64,000 bases of DNA from an uncultured Gemmatimonadales bacterium (GCA_963823035.1 CAWGKG010000014.1:384001-448000), one strand, 5' to 3'. Shown: positions 31,273 to 41,794, counted from the stretch's first letter. Notes: a model not told the origin generated them from the letters alone. Program-made: numbers and translations.

Positions 31273-32886
31273 ATGCCCCGCACGAACGTCACGACCTCCC
31301 GGGCCGCCCTCTTCGCGGCGGCGCTCGCGCTCTGCGCTCCGCGTGCGGGGGCCCAGCCCGTTCCCACACCTGCCGAGGCCGTCCTCTCCGGCCTCGGGTG
31401 GCGCTACGTCGGCCCGGCCATCGCCGGCGGGCGGGTCACGGACATCGAGGTCGTGCCGGGCGACGCGGAGACGCGCCACATCGGCAAGGTCGTCGTGCAT
31501 CCGACCGATCCGCGCACGGTGTGGGTCGGGCCACCTGGACCGAAGTGTCCGGCAACGTGCCGGGCCTGCCCGGCCCGACGTTCGTGATCGGCGTGGAGGC
31601 CTCGGCTGCGAGGCCCGGGCGGGCCTACGTCGCCTTCGACGGCCACTGGGACGACGACTACCGCCCGTGGCTCTTCGTCACCGAGGACTTCGGCGCGTCG
31701 TGGCGCAGCCTGACCGCGAACCTCGAGTCCGCGACGGTGAACGTGGTGCGTGAGCATCCGCACAACCCCGACCTCCTCTTCGTCGGTGCGGAGGACGGCG
31801 TGTTCGTCTCCACCGACCGCGGGAGCACGTGGAGCCGCCTGAACAACGACATGCCGCGCGCTCCGGTCGACGACCTGGAGATCCATCCGCGCGACAACGA
31901 CCTCGTGGCCGGCACGCACGGTCGCGGCATCTGGATCATGGACGACATCTCGGCGCTGTCGGGCCTGGGCAGGGTCGCCGCGAGCGGGGGGAGCGGCTTC
32001 TTCCCCGTGGTGCCCGCCACGCTCTTCCAGAGCAACGTCGACGTGCCGTCCCAAGGGCAGGGGATCTTCCGCGCCGAGAACCCGCCGTTCGGGGCGGCTC
32101 GACTACTGGCTCGAAGAAGCCGTGGAGGGCGGCGTCCGGATCGGCATCCGGGACGCCTCGGGCACGGTGGTGCGCACGCTCGACGGTGCCGGCGCGGCCG
32201 GCCTCAACCGCGCCGTCTGGGACCTGCGTCGCCAGCCCATTCCCCAGGACACGACCGTGTTCGACGTCCCGAGCCTCGACGTGGGCCCGCGGGGCCCGCT
32301 CGTGCTTCCCGGGACCTACCGGGCGTCGTTCGAGAAGGGGCCGGACGCCGCGCCGACGGACCTCGAGGTGCGGTGGGATCCGCTCATGCCGGACGTGGAC
32401 GTGCAGGCCCGCTACGCCTTCACGATGGAGCTCTACGCGCTCCAGCAGACCGGCTACCACGCGCAGGTGCAGGCCGCACGGATCGAGCGCGCCGCGCGGG
32501 CCGCGGTCGACTCGCTGCGCGCTTTGGCCGGCGTGGCCGACTCGACGGCGAAGGCGGACCTTCCCGCCCATGTGGCCCGGGCCGATTCGCTTCTCGGGGA
32601 GCTACGACGTGTGACCACCGCGCTCCGGCGCCGGAACGGCGACCTGCGCGGGTGGTGGCGGGGCCTGATCGGCGAGATGGACGGAGGACCGAGCACGATC
32701 GGCAGCATGACGGGGCCGAACGACGCGCAGCGCCGGCGGCTGGAATGGACGCAGGGGCGCTTCGGGGAGGCCGTGGAGGCGCTGGACGTGGCGATCGCTT
32801 CGGTGGTTCCCGCGTTGAACGGGATCCTGGAGGAGCACGGGGGGCCCGGGGTGGAGGTGCCGGAGCGGGAGAGCGGGACCGGATGA
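31273..32886 (+). pseudogene. Secreted BNR/VPS10-like glycosyl hydrolase, internally deleted and frameshifted
   Basis: Signal peptide, WRYVGPAIAGGRVTDI, RHIGKVVVHP, then directly TEDFGASW, STDRGSTW, DLVAGTHGRGIW; only about 540 codons. Confidence 0.75.
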
Positions 32887-32964
32887 GCCGTACGGATCAT
32901 CTCCGTTCGACGCGCCCGCCCCGAGGAGATCGCGCTCCATGAAGGAAGGCATGAAGGCGAGTGA
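32887..32964 (+). pseudogene. C-terminal remnant of a BrnT-family toxin
   Basis: Startless frame AVRIISVRRARPEEIALHEG matches the BrnT C-terminal RIISxR motif; immediately upstream of the antitoxin. Confidence 0.65.
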
Positions 32965-33193
32965 GTTCGACGAGAGGTTCGACGCCGGGGAGGACGTCAC
33001 CCCCTGGCTCGATCTCTCGACCATCCGGCGCCCTCATCTGGAATCGCGGCGCGTGAACGTGGATTTCCCGGTATGGATGGTGGACGCCCTGGACCGGGAA
33101 GCCCGCCGACTCGGGGTGACACGTCAGTCGATCATCAAGGTGTGGATCGCCGAGCGGCTGGAGGCGGTCGCGGGTAAATCGCCGCCGCCGTAG
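32951..33193 (+). CDS. BrnA-like/CopG ribbon-helix-helix antitoxin
   Basis: MKASEFDERFDAGED..RVNVDFPVWMVDALDREARRLGVTRQSIIKVWIAERL. Confidence 0.85.
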   Translation: MKASEFDERFDAGEDVTPWLDLSTIRRPHLESRRVNVDFPVWMVDALDREARRLGVTRQSIIKVWIAERLEAVAGKSPPP

Positions 33194-33203
33194 AATCCAC
33201 CTC

Positions 33204-33977
33204 ATGGTCCCCACCCACTCTGTCGACTTCGGCCCCACCGCGACCGACTACGACCGCTTTCGCCCGGGCTTCCCGCCCTCCTTCTACGACCGCCTCACCG
33301 GGTTGGCCTGGATCGCCCCGAAGCAGCGCGCTCTCGACATCGGAACGGGCACGGGTACTCTTGCGCTCGGTCTCGCCGCGCGTGGCCTGGACGTCGTCGG
33401 GCTGGACCCCTCGAAGCCGATGCTCGAAGCCGCCCGTCGCCGCGCCGCGGACCGTGGCCTCGACGTTCGCTTCGTGGAGGGCCTCGCAGAGCACACGGGA
33501 CTCGAGGCGAAGGGCTTCGATCTGATCACCGCCGGTCACTGCTGGTGGTGGCTCGACCCCGTGCGCGCGACCACGGAGGCGAAGCGCCTGCTCGCGGACG
33601 GCGGGCGACTGCTCATGGCCAACTTCTCCTACATCCCCGCGCCGGGCTCCGTCGCGGAGGCGTCGGAGCGGCTCATCCTCACGCACAACCCGGGGTGGGG
33701 GAAGGCCGGAGAGAGCGGCGTCTGGCAGAGTCAGGTGCGCGACCTCGACGCGGCGGGCTTCCTGGGCGTCGAGTCGTTCAGCTACGTGGAGCCGGTCACG
33801 TTCACGCACGAGGCTTGGCGCGGACGGATGCGATCGTGCAACGGCATCGGGGCGTCCCTGAAGCGGACGGAGGTGGAGGCCTTCGACAGGGCTCTGGCGA
33901 CCTTGCTGGAGGCCTGGTTTCCGGGGGATCTCCTTGTCCCGCACCGCGTCTTCGTCGCCACGGGCCGCCGTCCCTGA
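33204..33977 (+). CDS. Class I SAM-dependent methyltransferase
   Basis: YDRFRPGFP, ALDIGTGTG, GLDPS, FDLITAGHCWWW. Confidence 0.9.
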   Translation: MVPTHSVDFGPTATDYDRFRPGFPPSFYDRLTGLAWIAPKQRALDIGTGTGTLALGLAARGLDVVGLDPSKPMLEAARRRAADRGLDVRFVEGLAEHTGLEAKGFDLITAGHCWWWLDPVRATTEAKRLLADGGRLLMANFSYIPAPGSVAEASERLILTHNPGWGKAGESGVWQSQVRDLDAAGFLGVESFSYVEPVTFTHEAWRGRMRSCNGIGASLKRTEVEAFDRALATLLEAWFPGDLLVPHRVFVATGRRP

Positions 33978-34023
33978 CCTCGCGGTCTTGATTTCACCAT
34001 TTGGTAATATACCTTTTAGTGTA

Positions 34024-35220
34024 ATGACGCCGCCGTCCTCCACGCCCGCCCGGCACGACCCTCCATTCCGCACGGGCGAGATCGTCGCGGACGAGCACTT
34101 CACGGACCGCGCGCGCGAGGTCGCCGTGACGAGCCGCGCGATGCTTTCCTCGGGGCGCCTGCTCCTCACCGGCGAGCGCCGACTCGGGAAGAGCTCGATC
34201 CTCCGGCAGGCCGCGCTGCACGCCCGCGCCCGCGGCGCCACCGTCGTGCCCCTCGACCTCTGGACGGCGGCGAGCCTGGAGGAGGTGCTCCGGCGGATCG
34301 TGGCCGCGGTGCCGTGGGGGTGGTCGTGGCGCGAACGGCTCCAGGGGCTCTGGCTGGGCCTGGGGCTCAGCCTGGCGGTCCGCGCCGACCCTTCGGGCGC
34401 GCCGTCGTTCACGCTCACGGGCACGCCCGGGGAGATCCGAGGCGGCCGGGCACGCGAGCTGTTCGTCCAGCTGATCGCGCGACTGGAGGTGGTGGCAGCC
34501 GAGGCGGGGAGCGCCGTGGTCGTGGTGCTCGACGAGTTCCAGCGCCTCGAGGAGGTCGAGCACGGAGCCGCCGCCCTCCTCCGCAACGCCATCCAGGAGA
34601 GCCATCACCTCGCGTTCGTGTGCGCGGGCTCGACGCTCTCCCTGGTCCGCGCCCTGGTGGGGCGGGAGGGTCCACTCCATGGGATCTTCGACGAGTTGGC
34701 TGTCGGACCCATCGAGCCGGAGCTGCTCGCGTCGTGGATCGAGGACCGCCTTCGGTCCCATGGCGTCTCTCCGGCCGCCGGCACGGGGGCGCGGATCGTC
34801 GATCGGGCAGGCCCGCGCACCGAAGACGCGCTTCGCCTCGCTCGCGAGGTGTGGGACGGCGGGATCTCGACGGGTACGGCCACCCCGGACGACGTCTCCC
34901 CTGCCCTCCGCCGCATCGTCCTGGACCGACGCTCCACCTACGAGCGCGTCTGGATCGACCTCGCGGGCTCGCACCGCGGCGTGCTGCGTGCCCTCGCCGA
35001 CGGCGCGCGACAGCTCACCTCGCGGGACACGATCCGCACCTACGGGCTCCCGACCCCGGCGGCGGTATCCAAGGCGGTGGAACGCCTCCGGCGGCACCAC
35101 CTCGTCAACAGCGCGGGGGACCGCATCTCCGATCCCTTCCTCATCGAGTGGATCCTCATGCGGGCGATGCCCGACGGGCAGAGCCACAGCGAGCTGGATC
35201 GCCCGCCGGCGGGGACGTAG
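34024..35220 (+). CDS. Archaeal-type/STAND-like P-loop ATPase with C-terminal wHTH
   Basis: FTDRAREV, GERRLGKSS Walker A, VVVLDEFQ Walker B, CAGS, C-terminal helical wHTH-like ISDPFLIEW. Confidence 0.82.
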   Translation: MTPPSSTPARHDPPFRTGEIVADEHFTDRAREVAVTSRAMLSSGRLLLTGERRLGKSSILRQAALHARARGATVVPLDLWTAASLEEVLRRIVAAVPWGWSWRERLQGLWLGLGLSLAVRADPSGAPSFTLTGTPGEIRGGRARELFVQLIARLEVVAAEAGSAVVVVLDEFQRLEEVEHGAAALLRNAIQESHHLAFVCAGSTLSLVRALVGREGPLHGIFDELAVGPIEPELLASWIEDRLRSHGVSPAAGTGARIVDRAGPRTEDALRLAREVWDGGISTGTATPDDVSPALRRIVLDRRSTYERVWIDLAGSHRGVLRALADGARQLTSRDTIRTYGLPTPAAVSKAVERLRRHHLVNSAGDRISDPFLIEWILMRAMPDGQSHSELDRPPAGT

Positions 35221-35248
35221 GCGCGAGCCCGCCCGGCGGGGTGAGGGG

Positions 35249-36163
35249 TCAGATCCGCCCGTCGCCGCGCGCGGAGCCCAGCTTCGCCGCGCCCATCGCC
35301 GGGTCGAGATCGCGGTCGAGCACGGACACGAGGTGGCGCGTCAGGAGCCGCTCCAGGGACTCCCTCAGGGGGCGCCCGGGCCCGAGCAGCCCGCCGGCCA
35401 GCGCGATCGTGGGTGGCCGCGACCACGGGCCGAGCCTCTCGAGGAGCGCCCGGATGTGGCGCTCGAGCGCGTGGACGGCGCGGTCGACGACGTTGCCGGC
35501 CACGGTGTCCCCCTCCGCGGCCGCGGCGATGACGACCGGCGCCAGCGCGGCGACTTCCCCCTTGGAGGCCGACGCCACCCACGTCACGACGTCGTCCATG
35601 GCCCCGAGCCGGAGATGCTGGAAGATGCGATCGGGGAGCGTCGTCTGCGGACCTCGCCCGTCCATCGCCTGCGCCATGCGCTGCAGCCCCTCGAGGCCGA
35701 TCGCGTAGCCGGAACCCTCGTCGCCGATGAGGTGTCCCCAACCCCCGGCTCTCCCCTGCCGGCCGTAGCCGGCGCGTCCGTAGGCGATCGAGCCCGTGCC
35801 CGCGATGATGAGGATGCCGGGGCCGTCCCCGAAGGCGTCGTGGAAGGCGGCCTGCACGTCCGTGCCCACGCGCACGCTCCGGGCCACGCCGGCGCGCGTC
35901 AGCTCGTCCTCCACGATGGACCGCGACGCCTCGCGCCCCGCACCCGTGATCCCCGCCCACACGGCATCGACCGGAAGCTTCACGCCGGCCGCCGCGGCCG
36001 CGTCCCGGCAGACCGACGCCACCGCCTCCGCGGCGGCCTGCGGATCCGTGGCGCTCGCCACCGCCCCGCCGCCCTCCGCGCGCGAGAGTACCTCGCCGGA
36101 CCCGTCGAGGACCACGGCCCGGGCACGCGTGCCCCCGCAATCGATGCCGATCACCGCGCGCAC
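35249..36163 (-). CDS. BadF/BadG/BcrA/BcrD family sugar kinase (GlcNAc/MurNAc kinase-like)
   Basis: GIDCGGT, IIAGTGSIAYG, RAGGWGHLIGDEGSG. Confidence 0.88.
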   Translation of the reverse strand: MRAVIGIDCGGTRARAVVLDGSGEVLSRAEGGGAVASATDPQAAAEAVASVCRDAAAAAGVKLPVDAVWAGITGAGREASRSIVEDELTRAGVARSVRVGTDVQAAFHDAFGDGPGILIIAGTGSIAYGRAGYGRQGRAGGWGHLIGDEGSGYAIGLEGLQRMAQAMDGRGPQTTLPDRIFQHLRLGAMDDVVTWVASASKGEVAALAPVVIAAAAEGDTVAGNVVDRAVHALERHIRALLERLGPWSRPPTIALAGGLLGPGRPLRESLERLLTRHLVSVLDRDLDPAMGAAKLGSARGDGRI

Positions 36164-37625
36164 TCATGCCGTCTCCTTTTGCCGACTCCCCGGCCATACC
36201 GCTGTCACCGCCAGCCCGGTCACGAAGGTCACGAAGGTCCCGAACAGCGCATACCAGGGCCACGCCATCTGGTTGCGGAGGATCGTCGTCAGGCCGACCC
36301 CCACGGCCACGCCCACGACCACGGCCCCCTGCCCGGGGCGGCGGGTCAGGACGCCGAGCGCGAAGGCGCCGAGCAGGCCTCCGTACACCAGGCTGGCGAT
36401 GCCGAGCGCGACCTCCACGGCCGACGTGCCCTTCGAGAGCGGGATGAACAGCACCGCCGCGCCGATCAGCAGGCCCGCCCACACGAGCGAGAACAGCCTG
36501 CCGGCTCGCAGCACCCTGGCATCGGCCTCGTCGCCGTGCGTCTCCCCCGCCCCGACGAGCGGCGCCCAGTAGTCGAAGGCCGTCGCGCTGGCGAGCGAGT
36601 TGATGGAGCCGCTCAGGGTGGACATCGCCGCCGCGAACACACCCGCGATGAGCAGGCCGGTGAGTCCGGGCGGGAGCTGCTCGACGATGAAGCGCGCGAA
36701 GATCTCGTCGCTGCGCTCGAACGGGCGGCCCTGGTAGAACACCCACAGGCCCAGCCCGACGCCGAGGAAGAGAACGAACTGGACGATGATCGCGAACGCG
36801 CTGCCGACGAGTGCCTTCTGGCTGCTGCGCAGGTCCTTCGTGGTCAGGAGGCGCTGCACGATGATCTGGTCCACGCCGTGGCTCGACATCGACAGGAAGC
36901 CTCCGCCCAGCACAGCCGCCCAGAAGGTATAGGGCTGCATGCGGTCGAAGGAGAAGTCGAACGTGTGGAGCTTCCCGGCCGCAGCCGCCGTGGACAGGAT
37001 CGACCCCCATCCCCCGCTCACACCGATCTGGAGCGCGATCAGCGCCGCCACCGCTCCGCCCAGGTAGAGGACCATCTGGAGCGAGTCGATCCACACCACG
37101 GCCTTGATGCCGCCGAAGTAGGTGTAGATGAGCGTGAGGAGCGCCGATGACCACGATGGAGACCCAGTAGGGCCACCCGGTGATGAGCGCGAGGGGGATC
37201 GCCGTCGCGAAGAGGCGTACCGAGTCCGAGAGCACGCGGGTCACCATGAAGATCGCCGACGTGAAGCGCCGTGCGCCGAGCCCGAAGCGGGCCTGGAGCA
37301 GGTGGTAGGCCGTCGTGAGCTCGCCGCGGTAGTAGGCGGGCAGCAGCACGGCCGCGACCACGATCCGCCCCAGCAGGTAGCCGATCGTGAGCTGCAGGAA
37401 GGTCAGGGTGCCGACGTAGGCAACGCCGGGCACGCTCAGGAAGGTGAGCGTGCTGGTCTCCGTCGCCACCACGGAGAGCATCACCGCCCACCAGGGCAGG
37501 GAGCGGCTACCGAGGAAGTAGTCGGTGCCTCCCTTCTGGCCGCGACCGAGCCACGCTCCCCACAGCGTCACGCCCACCAGGTAGACCACCAGCACGAAGA
37601 AGTCGAGCGGTGTGAAGGCCCCCAT
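36164..37625 (-). CDS. Sodium:solute symporter; frameshift near 37143
   Basis: YFLGSRSLPWWA, ATETSTLTF, HGVDQIIVQRLL, AAAMSTLSG. Confidence 0.9.
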
Positions 37626-37627
37626 GC

Positions 37628-39532
37628 CTACCCCTCCCCCAGCGACGCCGTCGGTACGACGGTCGGTTGCAGCCGCTCGCCGCCCTCGAGCACCACGTAC
37701 GCCTCCATCGCGAAGTAGGCCGGCAGTCCCGCCGAGCGCAGCTGCTCGGCCGTGCCCCGGTTCCGGTCCTCGACCCGCTGCCAGAACTCCCTCGGATCGG
37801 GACCCGGGAAGGGCGCCACGTCCTTCTGTGACTGGTGCTTGAAGATCGCCAGGATCTTCCGGCGCAGCTCCTCCGCGCTCATGGGCACGAGGACGTCCGC
37901 CTCCACGAGCGACCACTCCTGCCACGCCCCGCGGTACATCCACAGTTGCGGCGCCGGACCCTGGTACCGGTCGAGCGCGCCGTTCACCGCCTCGAGGCAC
38001 ATGCGGTGTGTGCCGTGCGGATCGGAGAGGTCGCCGGCGGCGAAGACGATCGACGGACGCGTCTCCTCGAGAAGCGCGTGCACGACCTCGACGTCCCGCG
38101 TGCCGATCGGGTCCTTCCTCACCCGTCCCGTCTGGTAGAAGGGGAGGTCGAGGAAGCGCGCGTTGCCCGGGCCGAGCCCGACCGACTCGAGCGCGCTCAC
38201 GGCCTCGGTCTCGCGGATGATGCGCTTGAGGTCGCGCACCACGTCCGCGTCCACGTCGCCCGGCGCCTTCCCGCCGAGGCTGGCCTCGATCTCGTCCACA
38301 TGGCGGGACAGCGCCTCGTGGTCGGTCAGGGAGAGCGCCCTGCGCGCCCGCTCCACGAAATCGAGGTAGCGGCGCACCTCGTGGTCGAACACCGCGATGT
38401 TGCCGGACGTCTGGTACGCGACGGTGATGTCGTTCCCGTTCTGCGCCAGCTTCCTCAAGATGCCGCCCATCGAGATCACGTCGTCGTCGGGATGGGGGCT
38501 GAACACGACGATACGCTCGCCGGACGGGAGCTTGCTCTTCCCGCGGATCTTCCCGATGAGTCGGTTGAAGATCTCCCCGTTGAGGGGCTCGGCCGAGCCG
38601 TAGCGCGCGGCCAGCGAGCTGAGGTGGTGGTCGCGGTAGTCGCGCGCCGAAAGGTGCAGCATGGGCTTCTTGGTCTGGCTGCTGAGCCAGAGAACGGCCT
38701 CCGCCTCGAGGTCGTCCGTCCAGGCGACCTCGCCGAGCAGCCAGGGCGTGCGCACCCGCGTCAGGTCCGCCGCCGCCGCGGGGTCCAGCCAGACCGTCGC
38801 GTGCGCATGCTCCTGCAGGTAGGTGGCTGCGACGTCGGCGTGCACGGCGCCCTCCACCGCCCGGCGCACGATCCACGCCTTGTGCTCCCCGGTGGCGATG
38901 AGCGCGACCTCGCGCGCGTCGAGGATCGTCGCCACGCCCATCGTCACCGCCTCGGGCGGCACGTTCTCCTCCCCGAAATAGTCGGACGCCGCGTCGGCGC
39001 GCGTGACCGTATCGAGGTACACGAGGCGCGTGCGCGACTCCGCCCCCGAGCCGGGCTCGTTGAAGCCGATGTGCCCGCTCCGGCCGATTCCCAGAATCTG
39101 GAAGTCGATGCCGCCCGCGTCCCGGATGGCCTGCTCGTAGGCCGCGCAGTGTGCCTCGGTCTCCTCGCGTGACAGGTCGCCCCGCGGGATGTGGATCTGC
39201 TCCGCCGGGACGTTCACGTGGTCGAAGAAGTTCTCGTGCATGAAGCGGTGGTAGCTGTGCAGGCTCCCCGGCTCCATGGGCCAGTACTCATCGAGGTTGA
39301 ACGTCACCACGTTCGAGAAGTCGAGGCCCTCCTCGCGGTGCATGCGGATGAGCTCGCGGTAGATACCCACCGGGGTCGACCCCGTGGCCAGGCCCAGGAC
39401 CGCTCGTTCCCCCGCGTCGGAACGGCTGCGCACGATCTCAGCGATGCGTCCGGCCACGCGCCGAGCGATCGCCTCGTGGTCCTCGAGGATGCGAACGGAG
39501 ATCTCCTCGAGGCGCGTGAAGAGCGTGCTCAC
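37628..39532 (-). CDS. nagB: Glucosamine-6-phosphate deaminase fused to a PIG-L/LmbE deacetylase-like domain
   Basis: LGLATGSTP, FNLDEY, GHIGFNEPG, TMGV; then PHPDDDVISMGG and DPHGTH. Confidence 0.92.
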   Translation of the reverse strand: MSTLFTRLEEISVRILEDHEAIARRVAGRIAEIVRSRSDAGERAVLGLATGSTPVGIYRELIRMHREEGLDFSNVVTFNLDEYWPMEPGSLHSYHRFMHENFFDHVNVPAEQIHIPRGDLSREETEAHCAAYEQAIRDAGGIDFQILGIGRSGHIGFNEPGSGAESRTRLVYLDTVTRADAASDYFGEENVPPEAVTMGVATILDAREVALIATGEHKAWIVRRAVEGAVHADVAATYLQEHAHATVWLDPAAAADLTRVRTPWLLGEVAWTDDLEAEAVLWLSSQTKKPMLHLSARDYRDHHLSSLAARYGSAEPLNGEIFNRLIGKIRGKSKLPSGERIVVFSPHPDDDVISMGGILRKLAQNGNDITVAYQTSGNIAVFDHEVRRYLDFVERARRALSLTDHEALSRHVDEIEASLGGKAPGDVDADVVRDLKRIIRETEAVSALESVGLGPGNARFLDLPFYQTGRVRKDPIGTRDVEVVHALLEETRPSIVFAAGDLSDPHGTHRMCLEAVNGALDRYQGPAPQLWMYRGAWQEWSLVEADVLVPMSAEELRRKILAIFKHQSQKDVAPFPGPDPREFWQRVEDRNRGTAEQLRSAGLPAYFAMEAYVVLEGGERLQPTVVPTASLGEG

Positions 39533-40413
39533 CCTCCCAGCGACTCCCCCGCGATCAGGTCGAGGTTCGGAAGCATCACGATCTCGATCCGCCGGTTCTG
39601 CCTGCGCCCGGCCGCGTCTTCGTTCGAGGCGCGGGGCTGGTATTCCCCGTAGCCCGCGCCGGACAGGCTCTCCGGCGGCACGCCACCCTTCACGAGGAGC
39701 CGCACGACCGAGAGCGCGCGCGCCGTGGACAGCTCCCAGTTCGACGGGAAGCGCTCGGTGGCGATCGGCACGTTGTCCGTGTGGCCCTCGACCTGGAAGC
39801 GGCGATCCGGGAGGTCGGCGAGCACCGTCGCGACCTTGCCCAGCGTCTCCTGACCGTCCGACCCGACCGTCGCGCTACCGGATGGGAAGAGGATGTCCTG
39901 CGGCAGCTGGATCACCATGCGGCCGCGGTCGATCGACACACTGAGCTGGCCCGCGTTGATGAGCGCCCTGAACTTCCCGATCACCTCCTGGTAGATCCGG
40001 TTCCGCTCCCGCACCTCGCGCTCGACGGCGGCGAGCTGGTCGAGGCGTTGCTGCAGCCTGCGGTACTCGCTCCCGCGCTCGTCCATGAGCACCTCGAGAC
40101 GATGCACCTCGGCGCGCGCCTCCTCGAAGCGCGACGTCATCTGGGCGCGACCCCGGTCGAGGTCCGTGCTGTCCGCCTTCAACTCGGCGATGCGGGTCTC
40201 GAGCGAGTCCCTCGTGGCCTCCCACCGCTGGCGGGCGGCCTCCGCCTCGTCGGTGCGGCGTTTCATCTCCGCTTCGAGATCCGACCGCTCGGCACGCGAC
40301 TCCGCGAGGGAGTCGAGGGCACCGCGGTACGTGCTCTTCTTCACGCACCCCGACAACCCGAGGGCCAGGAGGAGGGGGGCGAAGGTGGAGATCTGGAGGG
40401 CGCGCGACTTCAT
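39529..40413 (-). CDS. Coiled-coil lipoprotein with OmpA/MotB peptidoglycan-binding domain
   Basis: LSGC lipobox, heptad region, ILFPSGSA, VEGHTDNVP, NWELSTARA, NRRIEI. Confidence 0.88.
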   Translation of the reverse strand: MKSRALQISTFAPLLLALGLSGCVKKSTYRGALDSLAESRAERSDLEAEMKRRTDEAEAARQRWEATRDSLETRIAELKADSTDLDRGRAQMTSRFEEARAEVHRLEVLMDERGSEYRRLQQRLDQLAAVEREVRERNRIYQEVIGKFRALINAGQLSVSIDRGRMVIQLPQDILFPSGSATVGSDGQETLGKVATVLADLPDRRFQVEGHTDNVPIATERFPSNWELSTARALSVVRLLVKGGVPPESLSGAGYGEYQPRASNEDAAGRRQNRRIEIVMLPNLDLIAGESLGG

Positions 40414-40532
40414 ACTCTCTCTCCCCGGGCGAGTGGGTCGGAAACCCAAAGATAGCAAGGGCCATGCGGCGCGCGAGGCCCCCCGATATACTCCGGGCGC
40501 ACGCTGGAAACGCACACCCGCTGGAGGCCGCC

Positions 40533-41738
40533 ATGCCGCACCGGTCCATCCGCCGAGGCCACGCCACGCTCTTTCCGCTCCTGGCCGCGCTGGTGGCGTG
40601 GGCGACCCCGGCGCCGGGGCTGCATGCCCAGGACGTCACCCTCTCGCGGGGCACGCCGGAGGAAGTCGGGATGTCGTCGGCGATCCTCGACGCCGGCGTG
40701 CAGCTCTTCCGCGACGCGGTCGACCGCGGCGACCTGGTCGGCGCGGTCCTCCTGGTCGCCCGGGATGGGAAGGTGGTGCTGCAGCAGCCGATCGGGATGC
40801 GGAATGCGGCGAAGGGGCTGCGCATGGAGCCCAACACGATGTTCCGCATGGCGTCGAACACGAAAGCGACGATCGCGACGTCGATCTCCATCCTCGTCGA
40901 GGAGGGAAAGCTCTCGTACGAGGACCCGGTGCGGGAGTACATCCCCTCGTTCGACAACTACCGCGCCGGATTCATCCAGATCAAGCACCTCCTGAACCAC
41001 ACGAGCGGCTTCCGCATCAACACGCTCTTCCTCCAGCCGCTCATGGAGCCGAGCGCCGAGCACCCGGACGCGCCCTCGCTTCAGCTCGAGGTCGCACGCT
41101 ACGGAGCGGTGGGCGCCGCGGTGCTGCCGGGAACGTCCTATGCCTACAGCAACCCGGGCTACAACACACTCGGCGCGCTCGTCGAGATCGCGTCCGGACG
41201 GAGCCTGGAGAGCTTCCTGAAGGAGCGGATCTACCGCCCCCTGGGGATGGCGGACTCGTACAACCACGAGATCGCGGAGAAGCTCGACGGCAAGCTCGAT
41301 CGGATGGGTGCCGTCTACTACGAGCGGAAGAACGGGAAGTGGGTCGCCGGTTGGGAGCCCGGTGATCCGCCGCAGATGCCGTTCGTACGCGCGTCGGGCG
41401 GCATGATCTCGACGGCGTGGGACTATGCGATCTTCTGCCAGATGTTCCTGAACGGCGGCGTGTACGGCGGCCAGCGCATCCTCGAGCCGGAGACGGTGGC
41501 GTTGATGACGAGCCCCACCTTCCCCACCTCGGACGACGGCACGTCGTCCTACGGCTACGGCTGGGCGGTCTCCGACGACGGGAGCTTCTCCCACAGCGGG
41601 TCGGACGGGACGTTCGCCTGGGTGGACCCGGAGCTGGGCGTGATCGCGCTCGTGTTCACGCAGACGCCGAGCGGCGCGAACCCGCGCGACAAGTTCGTGG
41701 AGCTGGTGCGCTCGGCGGTCGTGGACGAGGGGGGATGA
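40533..41738 (+). CDS. Secreted serine hydrolase (beta-lactamase class C/PBP family)
   Basis: Signal peptide; FRMASNTK (SxxK), LLNHTSG, YSN, HSG. Confidence 0.9.
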   Translation: MPHRSIRRGHATLFPLLAALVAWATPAPGLHAQDVTLSRGTPEEVGMSSAILDAGVQLFRDAVDRGDLVGAVLLVARDGKVVLQQPIGMRNAAKGLRMEPNTMFRMASNTKATIATSISILVEEGKLSYEDPVREYIPSFDNYRAGFIQIKHLLNHTSGFRINTLFLQPLMEPSAEHPDAPSLQLEVARYGAVGAAVLPGTSYAYSNPGYNTLGALVEIASGRSLESFLKERIYRPLGMADSYNHEIAEKLDGKLDRMGAVYYERKNGKWVAGWEPGDPPQMPFVRASGGMISTAWDYAIFCQMFLNGGVYGGQRILEPETVALMTSPTFPTSDDGTSSYGYGWAVSDDGSFSHSGSDGTFAWVDPELGVIALVFTQTPSGANPRDKFVELVRSAVVDEGG

Positions 41739-41794
41739 GGGGACGCGGGCGCACGTCTTCTGCGTAGGAGCCTTCGCCTTGGAGCGGCCGACCC

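Noticed and set aside
40533..41738. Beta-lactamase resistance gene
   Set aside because: Generic SxxK serine hydrolase; the context favours wall or ester metabolism and the sequence alone cannot show resistance
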